NCBI RefSeq assembly: GCF_009914755.1
Contig: NC_060930.1
From: the human T2T-CHM13v2.0 reference genome, Homo sapiens
Reading direction: 5' to 3' (one strand)
DNA length: 64,000 nt
Below the pieces are notes generated by a model, which was given only the letters and a program-made list of their open reading frames with translations, searched no databases and had not been told where the DNA came from. The translations under genes and the position numbers were made by a program. Positions 57,431 through 64,000 of the stretch are shown here, piece by piece (positions within the stretch are counted from its first letter, which is position 1; each line of letters starts with the position of its first letter).

Positions 57431-57507
57431 TCATAAACCTTAATCAAGCATTTCACTGTTCTACTGTTATTTTGATACACATAAATCTGCTTCAAGAGGG
57501 AACAGGA

Positions 57508-57808
57508 GGCCAGGCACGGTGGCTTATGCCTGTAATCCCAGCACTTTGGGAGGCCGAGGCGGGCAGATCACGAGGTCAGGAGATTGAGACCATCCTGGCT
57601 AACACGGTGAAACCCCATCTCTACTAAAAATACAAAAAATTAGCCAGGCGTGGTGGTGGGCACCTGTGGTCCCAGCTACTCAGGAGGCTGAGGCAGGAGA
57701 ATTGCATGAACCCGGGAGGCAGAGCTTGCAGTGAGCCCAGATAGTGCTACTGTACTCCAGCCTGGGCGACAGAGCAAGACTCCATCTCAAAAAAAAAAAA
57801 AAAAAAAA
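57508..57808 (+). mobile_element. AluY
   Basis: accatcctggctaacacgg, agcttgcag; TSD GAGGGAACAGGA. Confidence 0.94.
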
Positions 57809-58107
57809 CAAGGGGTGGGGGAGGGAACAGGAGGCCAGCTTTCAGAGCCAAGACTTTGGAGAAAAACCCAGGTTCAAGTCCTGACCAGGCACTTACTGGC
57901 TGTTACCTAACTTTGGTGAGTTTCAGATTCCCCATTTGTAAAATGGGAACGTAACAAAACTTCCATGAAGATTAGAGAAAAGTTATATAAAGTGTCATAG
58001 TTTCTGGCACATCACAGATCCTAAAAAACATGGAAATCCCTTCCCATTTGTTACAATACATTCTCTCCTGGAGCCACCATATTTCTTCAATGCTATCAAT
58101 AAAATAA

Positions 58108-58424
<317 letters not shown>

Positions 58425-59349
58425 CAGGGTTTTTTTTAATGATAGGGTAGAATGATTTATTTGGTGTTAAGATCTCATTATTGCCTCTTTCTAGCTACCT
58501 GACATTGGACAGGTCACTTAATTCTCCTTCCCTGTAAAATGAGAGTTTGGAACCCAGTTAGCCCTGACCCCCCTTTCCAACTCTAGAAGCCCATCTCTTC
58601 TAACTGACCAAACAACTGACCAAACTTTTTGTCATTACAAAAGTTAACATAATGCTTTCAGTTTTGGAAGTAAGGAAGGAAATGAAGGGGACAAGACTAA
58701 AAGTTCAGAAAAAAATTCCACACATTATTTTTAAGAAGAAAGAGTTGGAACTAGTAATAATTCTTATCTTCTGTCAAAAATAAAGTCTCAGATTTAATTA
58801 CATGATACCAAATGTGTATTTTTTAAATGAAGGAAAAAACTAGTTGTTCTTAGATACTGAAAAAACCACAATGTTTGTCATTATGCAGATTAAAAGACAC
58901 CGTGAGCCTAGGCTGTTCAAATTTTATTCGGATGCTTAAGGTCAAATAGCGGAGAGTCCTAACTATCCCTCAGCATGTCGTCAGGGTGGGTCCCTCACAA
59001 AGGCAGAATGATGGACAGAAACTCAGGTCCAGAGGGGAATGGATCTGCCAGCTGGTGCTAAAAGGCAAAAGATTTATGAACATAACTCACAATGCTTGGT
59101 AAGAAGTTTCTGGTGTTTAATGTATGTGACCTAAATGACTGAAAGTGAGAAAAGTCTCCAATCTCTAACAAAGAGAATAACATTTCCAATCTGCCCCACC
59201 AGACCCATCTCACCCTCTCCTCAAAGAGAACAAGCTAAGTAAGGCACTGAGATACAGACACTTGAGGTGATAAGGAGAGGAGGGCTTGGCAAGGGAAAGA
59301 TGGGTGTTGTCATTATAAAAACAGAACGGAGGAGAATACATCACACATG

Positions 59350-61175
59350 AAAATGAGTTGCATTTCTATACACTAACAATGAACAATCTGGAAGGAGATT
59401 ACAGAAACAATTTCATTTACAATAGCATCAAAAGGAATACAACACTTAGGAGTTAGCCAGTGAGGTGAAAGACTTGTGCAATGAAAAATACAAAACATTG
59501 CCAAAAGAAAATTTAAAAGACATAAATAAATGGAAATATGTCCCATGTTAATGTATTAGAATACTTAATATCATTAAGAGGTCAATATTATCCAAAGTGA
59601 TCTACAGATTCAATGCAATCCCTGTTGTTTTTTACGGAAATAGAAAAACCCATCCTATAAGTCATATGGAATCTCAAGGGACCCTGAGTGGCCAAAACAA
59701 CTTTGAAAAAGGACAAAGATGGAGAATTCCCACTTCTTTATTTCAAAGCTTACTGCAAAGCTACAATAACCAAAACCAGAGTGGTCCTGGAATTAAGACA
59801 GATATATAGACCAATGGAATAGAACAGAGAGTCCAGAAATAAACCTTCACATATACGGTCAAATGGTTCTGATAAGGGTGCCAACACCATTCAGTAGGGA
59901 AAGGACAGTCTTTCAACAAATTGTGCTGGGAAAATTGGATATCTACATGCAAAAGAATGAAGTTGTATCCTTACCTAACATATGTACAAAAAATAGCTTC
60001 AAATGAATGAAAGACCTAAATGTAAAACCTAAAACTATATAACTCTTAGAGGAAAACATAAGGCAAAAGCTTTTTGGCATTGGACTTGGTGGTAATTTCT
60101 TACATATGACACTAAAGACACAGGCAACAAAAAAATACATAAATGGGACTTCATAAAAATTTTAAAATTTTGTACATCAAAAGACAATACCAACAGAGTA
60201 AAAAGGCAACCCATAGAATGGGAGGCAATATTTGCAAATCATTTATCTGATAAAGGCTTGATATCTAGAATATATAGGGAACACCTAAAACTCAACAACA
60301 AAAAGTCTCATTCAAAAATGTGCGAAGTACTTGAATAGACATTTCTGCAAAGAAGATATACAAATGGCCAATAATCACATGAAAAGATTGTCAACTTACT
60401 AATAATTAGGGAAATACAAATTAAAACTGCAATAAGATACTACCTAACACCCATTATGATGACAAGAAAAAAAAAAAAAAAAAAAAAAACAGAAGAAAAC
60501 AAGCGTTGACAAGGATGTGGAGAAACTGGAACTCCTGGGCATTTTGGGGGATGCAAAATGCTACAGCCACCTGAAAAACAGTATGGTCATTCCTCAAAAA
60601 GTTCAAAATAGAATTACCATATGATCTAGCAACTCCACCCTCTGGGTAAATACCCAAAAGAACTGAAAGCAAGGACTTGAAGAGATATTTGTACACCCAA
60701 GTTTATAGGAGAATTATTCACAATAGCTTAAAATGTGGAAGCAACCCAAGTGTTCATCAAAAGATGAGTGGATAATCAAAATGCAGTATATCCATACAAT
60801 GGAGTATCATTCAGCCTTACAAAGAAAGAAAATTCTGATGCAAAATGCATGAAACAGAGATATTATGCTAAGTGAAATAAGCCAGTCACACAAAAAGACA
60901 AATACTGTATGATTCTACATGTGAGGTATGTAGTCAGAATCATAGAGCAGAGAGTAGAATGCTGATTGCCAGGTTGAGGGAGGGAGAAATGGGGAGTTCT
61001 TGTTTAATGGGTATGGAGTTTCAGTTTTGCAAGACGAAAAGAGGTTTGGACCTGGTTGGTGGTGGTGGTTACACAACATTATGAATGTGTTTCATACCAC
61101 TGAACTGTATGTACACTTAAAACTGGTTAAGATGGTAAATATGCCATTATGAGTATATTACCACAAAAAGAAATA
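59350..61175 (+). mobile_element. L1MB-type fragment (ORF2 3' part and 3'UTR)
   Basis: gtgatctacagattcaatgcaatccc...agacctaaatgtaa...ctaagtgaaataagccagtcaca...cacttaaaactggttaagatggtaaat; frameshifted. Confidence 0.88.
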
Positions 61176-62135
61176 AAATGGAGCAGAGGAAATGTACTGA
61201 GCCAAAGATTACATTCTGCATCGCTGAAGAGCAAGGATTTCTAGGGAGTTCAGGAAAGGAGCCCACACCAGGAAGTCGAGAGTTTTCCTTTACCAAGACA
61301 CTAAGGCAGAGAGGGGACTTCCAAGGGGGAAGAAGGTATAATAAACCAGCTCAGAGAAAACATGGCGGATGGTTCCCCACGAACAAGTCAGAAGAAGCCA
61401 GGAAAAGCCCTGTGGACCCTTGGCCCAGAGACAAGTTTCCTTCCATGGACTCTGCAGAATAACATACATGGTCATTGTGGGACCCTGAGAGACACATAAG
61501 GGACTCTCACGCCTTATGACTTCAGTGATTGGGCCAAGGGCACCCATCTGTGTTAAGCAGTACTGAGAGTTCCCGGCATTCGGAGATAAATACCACTGTC
61601 TCCGAGATCAAAGAGCGCAGAGCAGAGCACAATAGGCAGGAAAGATGCGTAAACAAATCACATTACAATGTGGAATGAGGCGAGAAGCAGTTAAGGGCAT
61701 GTGTCGGGAAAGGAGTGGGTTGTTTGGCCATAGAGACTTCTACAACTCTGTGTCTACAGTGTTTGCAGGTAGTGACAGGTGAGAAAGGCGGGGCAAATGG
61801 AAGTGCAAAGGCTGAGCACCGCTCTGTGCCAAACATCACACGCAGCATTTCATGCAACTCTCACAATAGCCCTATGAGTTGTTTCTTATACCCATTAGAC
61901 AAAGAGAGTAAATGAGAAATCGCATCACACTTCCCACATCACAGGGCAAGTGACCAAGTAGGGCTAGGGTGTAAACAAAAGGCAGTCTTGTCCCAAAGTC
62001 CTAGTATCTTTCCTTAAATTAATAACCAAACAAGTCGCTACAATAAGGACACTCACGTGTACTTTCAATGGCCAGAACATATGAGATCTGCAGTAGGCAA
62101 CATTACTTTTACTGTTTAAAGAATTACTGACCTGA

Positions 62136-62439
62136 GGCTGGGCATGGTGGCTCACGCTTGTAATCCTAGCACTTTGGAGGCTGAGGCAGGAGGATTGCCT
62201 GAGCTCGGGAGTTCAAGACCACCCTGGGGACAACATGATGAAACCCCGTCTCTACTAAAATACAAAAAATTAGCCGGGCTTGGTAGTGCATGTCTGTAAT
62301 CCCAGCCACTCAGGAGGCTGAGGCAGAATTGCTTGAACCCAGGAGATGGAGGTTGCAGTGAGCTGAGATTGCACCACTGCACTCCAGCCTGGGCCACAGA
62401 GAGAGACTCTGTCTCAAAAAATAAAAATAAAAAAAAAAA
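62136..62439 (+). mobile_element. AluS
   Basis: Dimer plus tail; TSD AAAGAATTACTGACCTGA. Confidence 0.93.
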
Positions 62440-63525
62440 GAATTACTGACCTGAAAACAAAATATTTTGGGAATTTCTATCACTGACTTTTGGTGTGATC
62501 TAGGAAGGAAACATTATTATAAGAATTGTCTAGCAGAGTACCTGAAGCAGTATATAACAAAACTCCCGAAATACTGCAGTACTAATGGCCAATAGGAACA
62601 GATTTCTTTTTAAATTACCTCTGAAAATTGGATAATTATACATCACTCTCCTAGAAATGGTTTTGATCCTTACTGTGCCTAAACTTGCCCTATTATTCAG
62701 AACAACTTTGTTTTAGTTTTAAAGAGAAGTTGTGTAGCATTTAATAAAATAACAAAAAACTCATAATTTACTGTAACTTTTTAGGATTCTGGATATGGTC
62801 CTCGCCTCTCTGAGAACATATTACCAGTGCTTGCTGAAGTATGTTAAGACAATCACACCTAAATAAGAAAATGTCTATTTTCCTCTTCTGACATCTGGAT
62901 TTATACCTAAAAATTGCAAAATAATAACATATTAGTATTTAGTTTTGTATTTCTCAGCCTTACCTCTTTCTTTATCCAGAATTCCCAAACACTTATACAT
63001 TTTTTTCTCCTTTTAATGCAAACGGCTGGTATATACCCTAATTTCTTTCTAGGAAAGAAGACAACTGGCCCTAAATTCAGGCCCTGTCTCATAGTCATTA
63101 TTACCACCAGTACTAACAAGCAGTATTATGCTTTCATCCCATTATTTCTATTAGACTTTCCCGGCACAGCTATTTTAGTAGTCATCAAATGAAGCCACAT
63201 CTGGTTAGTTCAACTTTAAGAAATGCAAGATTATCGTGTTGAAATGCCAATTTGATCAATTTAAATAAGACGGTAACATTAGTTAAAAGGCTTATAAACC
63301 TTTAAAATATCCTGAGTCTGGAACAAAATTTATTATTACAACGACACTACAATTCAGGGCAAAAAAATAAAAATGCTGCTATGACAGATCTGTAATGAAT
63401 AAATGAAAAGCAATGTGCTTTTTGGTGTAATCTCCTTTGAAGCAGACATTAAATTATTAAAGATGTTTCCAGTGTACACATCAATCAAATCATCCCCAGA
63501 AGGAACACTGGGTTTTACACCCATC

Positions 63526-63527
<2 letters not shown>

Positions 63528-63573
<46 letters not shown>
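63528..63573. repeat. (CA)n microsatellite, imperfect
   Basis: Direct inspection. Confidence 0.92.
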
Positions 63574-64000
63574 GATAAAATCTATACCATGGTGACAGTC
63601 TGCAAAGAAGGAAAAGGGCACTCCCTCTATGTAACTATTCTTTAGGATAAAAAAGAAATACAAGAGGCAAAGGAGGAACAAGTTGCACCCTTCCTCCATC
63701 CCCTTCACTCCTCTCTCACTGTGCTGTAGCAAAACTACTGAAGAGGAATCTGGTACCACTCACACAAACTCAGAGCTATCACCAGCCCTGGGAACTTGTA
63801 GTCCATTAAGACTGTTGGGTCTGATTCATATGGACTAATCATCCTCACTCTCAGTTATGTTTATTCTTTGCTTCCAAGTTCTTTGGCATCCATTTTTCAC
63901 AACACATTTACCATCCAATAGCTTTTTGTTGTTTCCAAACTGCTAGCTATTAATACTTGCAGAAGTAATACGAATGTACAAACAAGACATACTAAACAAG

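Noticed and set aside
59597-60696. L1 ORF2-like peptides (MIYRFNAIP...)
   Set aside because: Frameshifted, truncated ancient L1; not a functional gene

Overview
Primate, almost certainly human, genomic DNA. The two genes place it at 6p22.3. The + strand carries the complete NRSN1 (neurensin-1) gene. It has a CpG-rich promoter with a (GGC)16 repeat, two 5'UTR exons, two coding exons giving a 195-aa two-TM protein, and a 3'UTR ending near 25.2 kb. After a ~24 kb repeat-rich spacer, the - strand carries the last two exons and ~3 kb 3'UTR of DCDC2. The rest is Alu, L1, L2, MIR, LTR/ERV and DNA-transposon remnants plus microsatellites. Most notable: the polyglycine frame of the GGC repeat stays open through NRSN1 exons 1, 2 and 3 and fuses in frame to the main ATG. 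It has well-placed CTG codons upstream, and a tandem GTAG/GT donor could toggle between fusion and stop. Other points of interest are a candidate alternative terminal NRSN1 exon (TM-less isoform), a candidate 8-nt microexon, an antisense LTR12 promoter nested in an Alu inside a MIR, an L1 3' transduction, and an Alu-tail-derived ~400-bp purine tract containing (GGAA)11. Repeat subfamily names are from memory of consensus sequences, not from a search.
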